From: Lama guanicoe
Taxonomy: Eukaryota
Length of the DNA stretch: 64,000 nucleotides
Assembly: GCA_013239625.1 (NCBI GenBank)
Contig: MU053468.1
Location: forward strand, 1 to 64,000
Reading direction: 5' to 3'
Position 1 is the stretch's first letter. Every line of letters begins with the position of its first letter. Positions 12,050 to 23,685 of the stretch are shown here, piece after piece. Below the pieces are notes generated by a model. It was given only the letters and a program-made list of their open reading frames with translations. It made no database searches and was not told the origin of the DNA. The translations under genes were made by a program, and so were the position numbers.

Positions 12050-13650
12050 AGTGACCAGCTATTTTCATTCATTCAACATATATTTGTTGAGTAACTGTAA
12101 AGCAGCATGCTAGTTTAAATGCTGCAGATTCAGCAGTGGGTAAACCAGACTAAGATATCTCTGTCCTTAGAGAGCTTATGTTCTAGTTGAGGGAGACAGA
12201 CAACAGGCCAAATATATAGGTAAAGTTCACAATATTTCAGATGATAAGAAATGCTTGGGATAAATAGAGTGGGAGGTAGGGAAAGTGTGGGTGTTGGGGG
12301 AGAGGGCTGCAATTTTCCATAATGTGACCAAGGAGGCTCACTGAGAAGATAGTTGTTGAGTAAAGACCTACAGGAGGTGAAGGAGCGAATTCGGTGAATA
12401 TTTAGGGGAACAGACACTGTAAATGCCCTAAGGTAGGAGTGTATCTGGTGGATTTAGGCAACACCAGGAAGGACACTGTGGTTGGTGTGGAGTGAAGCGA
12501 GAAAGAGAGACAAGGACAGAGGTGATGGAGATAAGATCAGGTAGGACCTTGTGGACATTAGGTGGAACTGGCTGTTACTAAGAGTGAGACAAGGTTTTGT
12601 ACTGAGGATTGGGAGATCTGGCTTACGTTTACTGCATCTTTGAGATGATCATGTGGTTTGTCCCTTATTAACATGGTATGTTACATTGATTGATATTTGT
12701 ATGTTTAACCAACCTTGCATTCCTGGGATAAACCCTCCCTTGGTCACAATGTATAATCAGATTTATGTGTTGCTGAATTCAGCTTGCTAGTGTTTTGTTG
12801 AGGATTTTTGCATCTATGTTCGTAAGTAATATTGGCCTGTAGTTTTCTTGTGATGTCTTTGGTTTCATAGGGCGAGTTGACAAGTGTTTCTTCCTCTTCT
12901 ATTTTTCAGAAGAGTTTGTGAAGGATTTGTGTTAATTTGTCTTTAGACATTTGTTGGGATTCATGAGTCAAGCCATCTGGTTCTGGCTTTTGTTGGTGGG
13001 AAGCTTTTTGATTACTGACTCAATATTGTTATTGGTCAACTAAGACTTTTTATGTCTTTTTAAGTCAGTTTCAGTAGTTTGCATTTTTTAAGGAATTTTA
13101 TTCATAGTATTCCCTTGTAATCTTTTTAATTTCTGTAAGGTCGGTAGTATTGTTCATTTTTGATTTTAGTAATTTGAGTCTTCTCCCATTTTTCTTAGTC
13201 AGTTTAACTAAAGATTAGTCAATTTGGGTTTTATTGATTTTTCTCTATTGTTTTCCGATTATCAGCTTATGTTTAATAGAATCACTCTGACTTCTCTGTT
13301 GAGAATATTTACTATGAGGGTGGTTAGGGGTGCAAGAGCAGAAGCAGTGGAGGTGGTAAGAAGTGGTTGAATTATAGGTGTATTTTGAAGGTAAAGCTAT
13401 CGGAGTTTCCTGATGGATTCAATGTGGGGTGTGAGAGAAAGTCGAAGGTGAATTCTAGGATATTAGCCTGTGTAGCTGGATGGAGGGAGACGCCATTAAC
13501 TGAGATAGGAAAGTAGACAGGAACAGTGGGATTTGGGGGAAGATGAACACTTGGGTTTGTACATTCTGAGTTTGTGGTGAGAGGTTGACAACCAAGTACA
13601 AGTGTTAGTAGAGAGTTGGATACAGGAGTCTGGATTCCATGGGACATGAC
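12050..13650 (-). mobile_element. L2 LINE, interrupted by an L1 fragment at ~12632-13264
   Basis: ttcattcattcaac L2 3' end at ~12063; L2 sequence resumes collinearly after 13265 (agaatcactctgac...). Confidence 0.75.
12632..13264 (-). mobile_element. Old L1 internal ORF2 (RT region) fragment
   Basis: Antisense L1 ORF2 motifs (ttgagatgatcatgtgg; aaccaaccttgcattcctgggataaacc; gaggatttttgcatctatgttc). Confidence 0.8.
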
Positions 13651-13818
13651 ATTACCTCTAAAACTTCAGTGGGTGGAAACTGGTGGCATTCCACCATGAA
13701 GGATAGTCATTAGGTTTGGGGGACCTATGGGGACCAATATCAGAAAGGGTGATCAAAGAGGGCTGAGGAATTGGCTTCTGTTCAAAATAGTTTCAAAATA
13801 GAATCATTTGAGTCTCTT

Positions 13819-13952
13819 CCATCCACCCATCCATTTACCCATCCATCCATCCATTCACCCATCCTTCCTCCATCCATCCACCTATCCATCCATTCATCCA
13901 CCCATCCATCCATCCACCCATCCACCCATCCACCCATCTTTCTGTCAGTCCA
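13819..13952. repeat. Degenerate (CCAT/CCAC)n tetranucleotide microsatellite
   Basis: Directly visible tandem ccatccatccaccc units. Confidence 0.9.
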
Positions 13953-14065
13953 TCCCTTCCTTCACCTTCTCAGATTGCAGGAACCAAAGTTCTTCCCATA
14001 CTTTCTCTACAAGTCCTGGAGAGATTGATAGGTTCCAGGGGAAATGTATAGGGCTTCCTGGGAAG

Positions 14066-14345
14066 GCATGTGTGCTAGTGTGTGTATGTATCTAAGTGTG
14101 AGTATATGCAGGCAGGCCTGTGAATATGAATGCAGATATGTGTGCTTTTGCATGTATACATCTCTGTACCTGTACAGTCATGCTCTACATATATTGTGTG
14201 TACATGTATATTCATTCTGTATGTGCACATGGCTTATGTGTGCTGTTTTGCATACATGGCTGTGCGTGAGTGTGCATATACATGTGTATCAGGGCAAGCA
14301 GATTGTGTGGGAAGTGTGTGTACATGTGTGTCTTCAGCTGCATAT
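14066..14345. repeat. Degenerate (TG/TA)n low-complexity tract
   Basis: Alternating purine-pyrimidine tgtgtatgtgca pattern. Confidence 0.8.
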
Positions 14346-15034
14346 AGCTTTTCTCCCACTGCTTTTGTGGCTGTCACTGCATTGCATGAGAAGGAGGGGT
14401 TTTTGGCAGCATCGTGGGTGTGCCTGTCCCTAAATTTCCTGAAGTGGGGCCAAGTTGTGCTGTATGTTTCATGGCAATGAGGTTTCCTGAGCATATAAAG
14501 TCTGATCTGGGGCCTTCCTTCGGGGAGCCTGTGCCCTGGGGCCCACCTGCAGGAGCAGAGGGTTCCGTCTCTTCCCTCCTTCCAGTCCCCTTGGCAGGGG
14601 AACTTGACTTCTTGATTGTTAATTGGGATCCAGACACACACAGCAGGTCTTGGCTCATACCCTCTTCCTTGGCCTTTTTCCCAGAGCTGCTGCCCTTCAG
14701 AGGAGAAGGGGTTTGTGCTCAGAGGAGGGACTGAGTCCAGGGCAGGCGCTCCATCATTGCTGGCCTGGTAGCTGGAGGATATGGCTGACCATTGGCAGCC
14801 CCACCCTGGGTGTGCTTCGGGGTCCAAGGGAGGGGCAGCAGCTGGAAGGGAGGGAGATGGGAGTGAGCATGCATTGAGGTATCTGAAAGACCTGGACATC
14901 ATTCCTGTTTCTTCACTTACTAGCTGTGTGAGCTAGGGCAAGGTCTTAATTTTGCTGAGCCTCAGTTTCCTCAGCTATGAAATGGGAGTGCTAGTCCTTT
15001 CATCTTGGCTTCATTGAGTTGCTAATTTGGGACC

Positions 15035-15560
15035 TGTTCTAGTTACTATGGATATGTAATGAAATTTAGTGGTTTAAAACAACAAAAACACATATTTTGC
15101 TCAAGAATTTGCAATTTGGGCAAGATTGGAGGGTAGGGATAACGTATCTCTTCCATTTGGGGTTAACAAGGCAGAATAGGGGCGGAGGTCTGGATCATCA
15201 GAGGCTGAGGGCCGTCTGATGGTTGATGCTGGCTGTTGGCTGAAACCTTAGCTGGAGCTACTGGCTAGACCAGCTGCGCGTGACTTCCCCATGTGGCCTG
15301 GGCTTCCTTACTACGTGATGGCCGGCTCCCAAGGACTGGAGTCGTGAGAGAGCCAGGTGAAGCTGTGTTGCATTTATGACCTACCTTGAAAGTTACACAG
15401 CATCAGTTTCACTGCATCCTGTTCTTGACTTGAGTTACGACTTCTTGCTCAGATCTGAGGGGAGAGAGGATGAATTCAATCTGTTGGTGGAGATTAGCAG
15501 TGATCTGCAAGAGCATGTGAGAATATTGCAGTGGCTGTTTTGGGAAAAGACAGTCTCCGT
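15035..15560 (-). mobile_element. Old MLT1 (MaLR) LTR
   Basis: aaatttagtggtttaaaacaac; ttgatgctggctgttggctga; catgtggcctgggcttcct. Confidence 0.65.
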
Positions 15561-16367
15561 AGTGCCCTGGGTCCTGCTGATATCCAACATTACAGAGAGG
15601 AGTGTCTGGGCAAGCGGCCAGGAAACCCCATCACCACCACCCCGCCCCAACCTGAGGGGTCTCTAATTCCCTGCTGCTCTTTCCGCATTACAGGTGAGAA
15701 ACCTGAGAGTGGAATCTTCACCCCCAAACCTTGCTGTGCCTCACGGGCTGAGCCGAGGCCCTGGTTAGGTGGCTGTGAGGCGGGTCCCACCCATGATGAG
15801 CAGAAATGTTTGCTCACTTCTCAAATATTCCCCAGCGTACCTCTGGTGTGCCAGGTGCTGCTCTAGGCTCTGGGGAGGCAGCATTGAACAGAAAAGGCAA
15901 AATTACATGTGTAATAAAATAAACATCAGATAAATGGTAGGTTAGACGGGGATGAGTTCTGTGGAAAAGCACAGAGCAGGGAAAGTGGACAAGAAGAGGG
16001 ACTGGGTTGTGCAAGGTGGTCAGGGATGCCTCACTGAGTCGGTGATCCTTCAGCAGCAACCTGAAGCCAGTGAGGGAAGAAGGCATGTGGGTACGGGGGT
16101 GGAGCGGGGGAAAGCCCTCCATGCAGAGGGAATGGCAAGTGCAAAGGCCCTGTGGGGGAAAGCATGGCTGGTGCAGTCAAGGACATGGGTTGGAATGGAG
16201 TGAGCCTGGGTTGAGCAGAGTTGATGAGCTCAGACAGAATGGCAGGGTGGTGGGGGCCGTGATGGTGTGGAGCCCTGTATATAGGATGACTTTGCTTCCA
16301 ATTTAAGTGAAATGGGAAACCAGTAGAGGATTTCTAGCACAGAAGTGAGATGATCTGTGTGAGGCTT

Positions 16368-16937
16368 TGTGTCAGTCACCTTTTGCTGAGTAACAAATCG
16401 ACTTAAAACTTGGTGCTTAAAACAATGATTTATTATTTCTTTTAATGGAGGTACTGGGGATTGAACCTAGGACCTCATGCATGCCGCGCACATGCCCTAC
16501 CACTGAGCTATATACCCCCACCCTATTAGTCCTTATGATTCTTTGAGTTGGCTGAATGGCTTCTCAGCTGATTCACCTGTGCTCACTCTTATGGCAGCCT
16601 TCCCCTGGAAGACTGGGTGGATTGGAACAGCCAAGCTGGCCTCACTCATGTCTGGCTGTCGGTTCTTCCATGCTCCTCCATGTGGCTTCTCATCCTCTCC
16701 CGGGCTAACCCAGTTACCTATAGGGTGGTCTCAGACCTGCATTCCAAGAAAGCAAAAATGGAAGCTGCCGTGTCTCTTAAGGCGTAGACCAAGAACAGCA
16801 TAGCGTCACTTCTGCCTTATTTATTGGCAGAAGCCAAGTGCAAAGCCAGCTTAGTCTCACCGGGGAAGAGGACTAGACAAGGGTGTGAATACCAAGAAGC
16901 GTGATTCCTTGGAGGCTGTTTTGTAACTAACCACCAC
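16368..16937 (-). mobile_element. MLT1 (MaLR) LTR containing a SINE
   Basis: tttgctgagtaacaaa...aaaacttggtgcttaaaacaatgatttatt; gcatagcgtcacttctgcc. Confidence 0.7.
16441..16523 (-). mobile_element. Camelid-type tRNA-derived SINE (Vic-1-like)
   Basis: Antisense of tatagctcagtggtag (A box)...ggttcaatccccagtacctcc (B box); same family as the 19302, 22458 and 58575 copies. Confidence 0.85.
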
Positions 16938-17834
16938 GTGGTTTACCAAGGTCTCTCCAGCTGCTGTGTTTATAACAGAGTGAAAAAGGACAAAGACAGA
17001 GACAGGGAAGCCCATTAGGAGGGTTTCCAATAATACAGGCAAGAGATGCTTGTGGCTTGACGTGGGCTAGTTCTAGAGGAAGTGTGAAGAAGTGGTCAGA
17101 TTCGGGGTATGTTTGGAAGTGGCAGCAACAGGATTTCCTGACTGGGTGGGTGTAGAGTGTGAGAGAAAGTGATTCGTCGAGTGTAACTTCAGGGTTTTTG
17201 GCCTGAGCGACTAGAAACATGGAGTAGCCATTTACTGAGATGAAGAAGGCTGAGAGGAGTGTGGAGTTGGTTTTTTTGGAAAGGGTGGGGTTAGAAGTTC
17301 AATTTTAGACATGTTAAATTTGAGATGCCTCTGAAGACATTTGACTGCAGATGTTCAGAGGCAGTTGGATATGTATGAGTCTGGAGTTTGGGAGAGAGGT
17401 CTAGGCTGGTTATTTACAGCCATGAGTCCGACTGAGATCACCGAGGAACTGAGCTTGGATGGAAAGGGAAAAGGACCAAGGATCATGCTCTGGGGCACTT
17501 GACATGTCAGGGATGTGGATGCATCGCGCTACCACTGTGAAAACAAGAGTTGGGGCCAACGAGTCACTCCACTGCACTCTGTCCAGTAACCTTTCTATCT
17601 TGATTTGGGGGAAACTGAAAAACAAAAGCAAAACCAGAAAAGCACAAAAGCAAAGACAATAACGATTCCCATTTATTCCTCCCCCAGAATTAGTTACTCT
17701 TAACATCTTGGCCTGTTTACTTCCACTTTTGTTATGGATCATCATTCTATATGTGTCTTTCTGTCTTTACACACAGATTTGTGTGTTTTTTTTGAAATAT
17801 TTTTTATTAAGCTGAGGTTCTATGGTAATTTTAA

Positions 17835-18095
17835 AAACAAATTTATTGAGGTGTAATTCACCCATTTAAAGTGCACAATTTAGTGGGTTTTTAGTATATT
17901 CACAGAGTTTTATAATCGTCACATCAATTTTAGAACATTTTCATCACCTCAAAAAGAAACTTCATTTTCATTATCGTCATTCACCATTTTCCCCCAACCT
18001 TTCCCTTATCCCAGCTCTAGGTAACTGCTAATCTACTTTCTGTCTTAAACGCTTGCCTAATCTGGATATTTCATATAAATGGAATCATGTAATGT
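17835..18095 (-). mobile_element. Old L1M(B/C) 3' end fragment
   Basis: tttattgaggtgtaattcacccatttaaagtgcacaatt...ctactttctgtct...ggatatttcatataaatggaatcat. Confidence 0.75.
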
Positions 18096-18211
18096 TTAAT
18101 TCATTTATGTGAATTTACCTGAACAAACTGAAATGAAATTAGAGGAATTGTTTAACTTGAAATTAATTTTAAAATTTTGGACTTATTGATGAATCCTGAC
18201 CAGCCTTCTTA

Positions 18212-19733
18212 TTTTTAAACATATATATTCAAAAAAATTGAAGTATAGTTGATTTATAATGTTGTATTAGTTATTGATGTACAGCAAAGTGATTAGTTAG
18301 ACATATATATATTCTTTTCCATTATAGTTTATTACAAGATACTGAATATAGTTCCCTGTGCTGTACAGTAGGACCTTGTTGTTTATCTCTTTTATATGTA
18401 GTAGTTTGTATCTGCTAATCCCAACTCCTAATTTATCCCTCCCTCTGCTTTCCTATAAACCATTAGTTTGTTTTCTATGTCTGTGTGTCTGTTTCTGTTT
18501 TGTAAATATTTGTATCATTTGTATCATATTTTAGATTCCACATGTAAGTGATATCAATATGATATTCGTCTTTCTCTTTCTGGCTTAACTTCACTTAATA
18601 TGATAATCTCTAGGTCGATCCATGTTGCTGCAAATGACATTATTTCATTCTTTTTTTTATGGCTGAAGTATATATATATACCACATCTTCTTTATCAGTT
18701 CATCTGTTGATGGACATTTAGGTTGCTTCCATGTCTTGGCTACTGTAAATAATGCGGCTATGAACACTGAGGTGCGTGTATTTTTTTGAATTAGTTTTTT
18801 CTGGATATACGCCCAAGAGTAGGATTGTTAGATCATATGGTAACTCTATTTTTAGTTTTTTAGGGAATCTCTGTACTGTTTTCCATAGTGGCTGCACCAA
18901 TTTACATTTCCACCCAACAGTGTAGGAAGGTTCCCTTTTCTTCACACCCTCTCCAGCATTTATTATTTGTAGACTTTTTAATGATGGCCATTCTTACCAG
19001 TGTGAGGTGATACTCATTGTAGTTTTGATTTGCATTTCTCTAGTAATTAGCGATGTTGAGCATCTTTTCATGTGCCTATTGGCCATCTGGATGTCTTTGG
19101 AGAAATATCTATTTAGGTCTTCTGCCCATTTTTTGATTGGGTTGTTTGGTTTTTTTGATATTGAGATATATGAGCTGTTTGCATATTTTGGAAATTAAGC
19201 CCTTGTCTGTTGCAAGGTTTGCAAGTATTTTCTCCGAGTCCCTAGGTTGTCTTTTCATCTTGTTTATGGTTTCCTTTGCTGTCCAAAAGCTTGTAAGTTT
19301 GGAGGGGGAGGGTATAGCTCAAGTGGTAGAGTGCATGCTTAGCTTTAGGTCCTGGGTTGAATCCCCAGTACCTCCTCCAAATATAAACACATAAATAAAC
19401 CTAGTTACCTCCCCCTCATGAAACAAAACAAAAGCTTGTAAGTTTGATTAGGTCTCACTTGTTTATTTTTGCTTTAATTTCTTTTGCCATGGGAGACTGA
19501 TCTAAGAAAACATTGCTGTGATTTATGTCAGAGAATGTTTTGCCTATGTTCTCTTCTAGGCATTTTATGGTGTCATGTCTTATATTTAAGTCTTTAAGCC
19601 ATTTTGAGTTTATTTTTGTGTGTCGTGTGAGCGAGTGTTCTAACTCCATTGATTTACATGCAGCTGTCCAGCTTTCCCAGCCCTACTTGCAGAAAAGACT
19701 GTCTTTTCTGCATTGTATATTCTTGCCTTCTTT
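18212..19733 (-). mobile_element. 5'-truncated L1 (ORF2 C-terminus plus 3' UTR) with 16-bp TSD
   Basis: Minus-strand ORFs give L1 ORF2 peptides ([13 protein letters not shown]..., [10 protein letters not shown]...KIELPYD); TSD ctgaccagccttctta 18196-18211 / ctgaccagccttttta 19734-19749. Confidence 0.93.
19302..19428 (+). mobile_element. Camelid-type tRNA-derived SINE (Vic-1-like) inserted in L1
   Basis: gggtatagctcaagtggtagag...gggttgaatccccagtacctcc plus A-rich tail; perfect flanking duplication caaaagcttgtaagtttg (19284-19301 / 19429-19446). Confidence 0.92.
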
Positions 19734-20307
19734 CTGACCAGCCTTTTTACATCTCCCACCTTCTTCTCTCCCAGCCTCTTGACTTTTGTTAGTTACATTA
19801 TTTATTTTACTTTTTCTAGATTTATAACATTCACACTCTATTCTATAAACATAGTCCTAATAGTTGTTTGATAGTAGTCTCAGATTTAAATAGTTTTAAT
19901 ACTCATTGTCAGTCTGTTACATAGATTCTCCATTCCTGAGTTCATTAGTATGGTTCAGCTCGTAACTGTCTATCCAGTTTTTTGTGGTTAAATAGTTTTT
20001 AATCTATTCTGTGCTCCCCCCTCAAAAAAATACCTAGAGAGGTTGTATTCCTTTGATTCATTCATATTTGAGATTGTCTTCTCCTCTTTTCCTCTTTAGC
20101 TGAGCAACATCAACTGGGTATGATATTCTTGGCTTCCATTTTCTTTCTCTCATGACTTTGCAGACATTTGTTCCATTGTCTTTTGATATCAAATATTGCC
20201 AATAAACTGGGGAATAAAGTTTTAAAAATCTTTCATTTGATTCATTTTTTCCATCTGGATACCTGGAGATTTCAGGATTTATTCTTGAAATTCAGTAGCT
20301 TAGCTGG

Positions 20308-20861
20308 TGTATTAGTTATCTCTTGCTGCATAACAATTCATCCCAAAATGTAGCTGTTTAAGACAGCACACGTTTATTATGTCCCAAGTTTCTGTGGGTC
20401 AAGAATCCAGGCATAGTTTCATTAGGTGCTCTGCTTCATGGTCTCTTGCAGGCTGCAGTCAAGGTGTTAGTCCAGGGTCTGTGGTCTCATCTGAATGCTC
20501 AACTGGGGAGGGATCCAGTGCCAAGCTCACTCCGTGGTTGTTGGCAGCATTTGGACCCTTGTACATTGTTGGATTGGGGGCTCAACTCCTCATTGGCTGT
20601 TGGCTGGAGCCTGCTCTCGGGTCCTTTGCTGTGTTGGCCTCTTTCATATGGCACCTCCCTTCATGAAAGTGTGCAGGCTGAGAAGGCAATAGATGAGTCT
20701 ATTGAGGGGAGTCGCAATCTCTTGTAACCTAATCACAGAAGTGGTATCCCATTACTCTTGCTGTGTTCTGCTCATTAAAATCACACCCTTAGGTCCAGAC
20801 TACACAAGGGTGAGAAAAGAGGTGTGGTTCTCTGGAGCCATGTTAGTAGCTGCTCACAACA
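20308..20861 (-). mobile_element. MLT1 (MaLR) LTR
   Basis: tgtattagttatctcttgctgcataacaa...gtttctgtgggtcaagaatccaggcatag...ccaagctcactc. Confidence 0.75.
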
Positions 20862-21028
20862 ACTTGGCTATGTTTTGATGCTAACTATTCTACATCACAT
20901 AAAAATTTCTTCAGAACAGTGTTCTTATCTGCTGAAGCAGTCTTGAGTATCCTCCCTCCCTGTCTCATCTCTTTGAATATTTCTTCTGTTTGTTTTTGTT
21001 GGATGTTTTAGCTGTATTGGATCATCTT

Positions 21029-21192
21029 CTGGGCTGGGACTAGGATGAGGCCAGCAAGGCATAGAGGTCACACAATTTAAGGAGGCACTCACTCTCAGGG
21101 GCTGACTCTGTACTTCCGCAACTCAGAGACTGAGTGCCTCCTTAAGTTTGGTACCCTAGATGCTTCCCTGCCACACCATAGTCCCAGGCCTG
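21029..21192. mobile_element. MER96-like palindromic hAT MITE
   Basis: Long internal inverted repeat (ttaaggaggcactca / tgagtgcctccttaa), TIRs, degenerate 8-bp TSD atcatctt / atcctctc. Confidence 0.8.
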
Positions 21193-21519
21193 ATCCTCTC
21201 TGTCTGTCTTCCGTATCATTTACTCCTCTCTAAATGTTTTCAAAAATCAATCAGTCTGTGAGATTATCTCAAGTCTTTTCTCTGTATCCATGACTCTACT
21301 TCGTTTGATGTCTATTCTGTTTCTAAACATTTTTGTTAGTTCTGTAATAATGTTTGTTCCTCCGTTTATTTCCATAGGCCTGTGATATCTTTTACATCCT
21401 CTTGGGGGTTCATTTCATCTTTGAACTCTTTCCTTACTGAATTAATGTTCAATATGGTTTGAAACAATTATAAGGAATTTCTTCCTGTTCCTTCTCTTAT
21501 TTGTCTTTTAGGTTGTATT

Positions 21520-21815
21520 CTTTTTTCTTCCTTCCTCCCTTTCTCTTTTCTTCCTTTTCCACTTTTCCCCCCTTTCCTCTTCTCCCATTTCTCTCTCTCT
21601 TCCTTCCTTCCTTCCTTTCTTCTTCACTTCCTTTTCCCTCTCACCCTCCCTCCCTCCTTTTCCATCTCTGTCCCTTCCTCTTTCTTTCTTTCTCTTTTCT
21701 CTTCTCCTCCACCCCCATTCCTCCTTCCCTTCCTCTCTCTTTCTTTTTCCTCTTTCTCCTTCTTCCTTCTTTTTCCTCCCCCCAATCCCTTCCTCCCTCT
21801 GTCTTTCTTTTTTCT
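21520..21815. repeat. ~300 bp polypyrimidine (CT-rich) low-complexity tract
   Basis: Almost only C/T on the + strand; source of spurious K/R/E/G-rich and F/L/S/P-rich ORFs. Confidence 0.92.
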
Positions 21816-22457
21816 GTACGTTTGCACAGTTCACATGCTAAGTGCTTTTCCCTTGTCTGGTTTTGGACATCTTTGCTCCGATAGCAGGTTTGCTTTGATG
21901 TAGCATGGGGGACTCTTGTTTCTGACTCTCTTCCAGCCTTCTCTGTGACCATTCTCTTCTCCAAAGGGGCTGCAGTTTGAGAGTTGAGTCTTAGGTTTTG
22001 TTGCCTGAGGAAATTACAGGGCTCAGGTGAAGCAGGAGGAGCCTTTGTCAGAACACCTGGGCTCTGCTCTCCTTGGATTTAGGTAAATGCTCTACCACAG
22101 GGTTACTTCTACTTAATTACCAGGATTCCCTTCTGAAACGAGGGCCGTTTTCAGGTGGAGTCAGTAACTGGAGTCATTATTCACTTTCTCCAGTTTTACC
22201 CATTTCTCCCCAGTAGCTTTTCCCACTGGGTTCTTAGTTAAGAGTGGGTATAAGAGACCCCTACTCAGTTTATTTCCCTCCAGATGTGGGGGTTTTGGAG
22301 AACAGCTTTGGGGAGTGGGAAGCTGAGAAGGGCTATACTCCAGAATCATATGTTTGTTTGTTTGTTTTCTTGGCTGCCAATATTTTATACTTACCTCATT
22401 AGGCTTTGTTCTTTTCCTTGGTGAAAAATATTTTCTCCCCTGACTTCCTATTTTTTT

Positions 22458-22553
22458 GGGGGTGGTGGTGGTAATTATGTTTCTTTGTTTGTTTGTTTTA
22501 ATGGCGGTACCCGGGCTTGAACGCAGGACCTCATGCGTGCTAAACCCTCCCCC
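22458..22553 (-). mobile_element. Camelid-type SINE copy with internal deletion
   Basis: gtaattatgtttctttgttt...atggcggtacccgggcttgaacgcaggacctcatgcgtgctaa; flanking duplication tgacttcct(a/g)ttttt. Confidence 0.8.
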
Positions 22554-23685
22554 TTGACTTCCTGTTTTTCACTTTGAGGGGGAAGGGAAATATGCAGTTG
22601 CAATTCTCCATCTTTATACAGGAGTTGCCTTACATGATCTTTAAGGCTCCTTCCAGCCCAAGCTAGATCATAACTCTGAGTTCCCTGTTTGCACAAGGAG
22701 AGATGTGGCCACCACCACACAGAGCAGAGCCAGCTTGGCTGTCACCAAGGTCTTTACATCTGGGACAGAATGTTACCTTCTTAGCTTGAAGACTCCTGAG
22801 CAAGGACCAAAGGTGCAGGCCCTGTGTCTGCCCAGCCTGGTGCCCACAAGGGAGCCTTATGCGGTGGTTGGTGGGGAGCAGCCAGGATGTGTGTCCATCA
22901 TAGCTGTAGTCAGGGTCAGCTAAGGATTCTAGGGTTGGCTGTAGGATCTGCCTTCACCCCAGGTAGCCCAGACAGCTGGGCTGTGCAGGTGCCCCAGCTC
23001 TGGGGATCTCTCCTACCACTTGGCCCTGGGGGGCTTCTTGGATAAGCCCTTTTTCTCTTGCATGTTGGGCTACAGGAAGTGGGCCTTGCCAGGGGCTGCC
23101 TCAGGGGGGCTGAGAGAGGCCCCCCTTTTCCTTCTTTGGAGGGCCCTACCTTCCTGCCAGGATCTAACAGGTCTCTTCCTGGATGGGCAGCAGAGCCCTC
23201 ATGGAGAGCCTGCAGTCTCAGCTGAATCCTCCAGGAGGACTGGAGCTCATTCCCCACCCGCCTGCCTACCAGGCTGCTGGGCTGTTGCTGGCCCCCGGGT
23301 AGCTGGGCGGTGCCCTTATGCCCTGAAGCCAGGCCTGCAATTACAGGTTGGCAGGCCCAGGGGCAAAGTGTGCCAGCCAGCCCGGCAGCTTGCTGGCAGC
23401 CACTCTGTGCTGGGGGCCTGCGTCCCATCTGTCTCAAACACACTGAGCGAAGAGGTGACCCGTGCAAGGGGAGGATGGACCTTAGCTAGCCCTTGGGAGA
23501 TGTTTGCCTTCTCCTTTCCTGGGGACGCCTAGAATCCATTCTTTGTAGTTCAGAGCTCAGTTACTGCCCAGCTGGAAGACTGAGATGGGCCAGGGTAAAG
23601 ACATTGTCCTCTCTACCCGGCAGGGGCTGAGCCTTCTCTGGGGCGGGTGCCCCAGCTTCTCTCCTGCTCCTTCCCCATGCCTACC

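Larger units (their letters stand above)
15810..17500 (-). mobile_element. L2 LINE, interrupted by an MLT1 LTR (16368-16937)
   Basis: L2 motifs (gcaagtgcaaaggccctg; ggagtagccatttactgagatg; gacatgttaaatttgagatgcct). Confidence 0.75.

Noticed and set aside
13771..14902. His/Pro-rich and Cys/Val-rich ORFs up to 222 aa
   Set aside because: Derived from (CCAT)n and (TG)n simple repeats.
19302..19380. tRNA-like sequence with A and B boxes (also at 16441 and 58640)
   Set aside because: SINE heads with tails and TSDs, not functional tRNA genes.
18718..19737. ORFs with reverse-transcriptase-family-like peptides
   Set aside because: Broken ORF2 remnants of a truncated L1, not a host gene.
21501..21964. 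K/R/E-rich and F/L/S/P-rich ORFs
   Set aside because: Translations of the CT-rich low-complexity tract.
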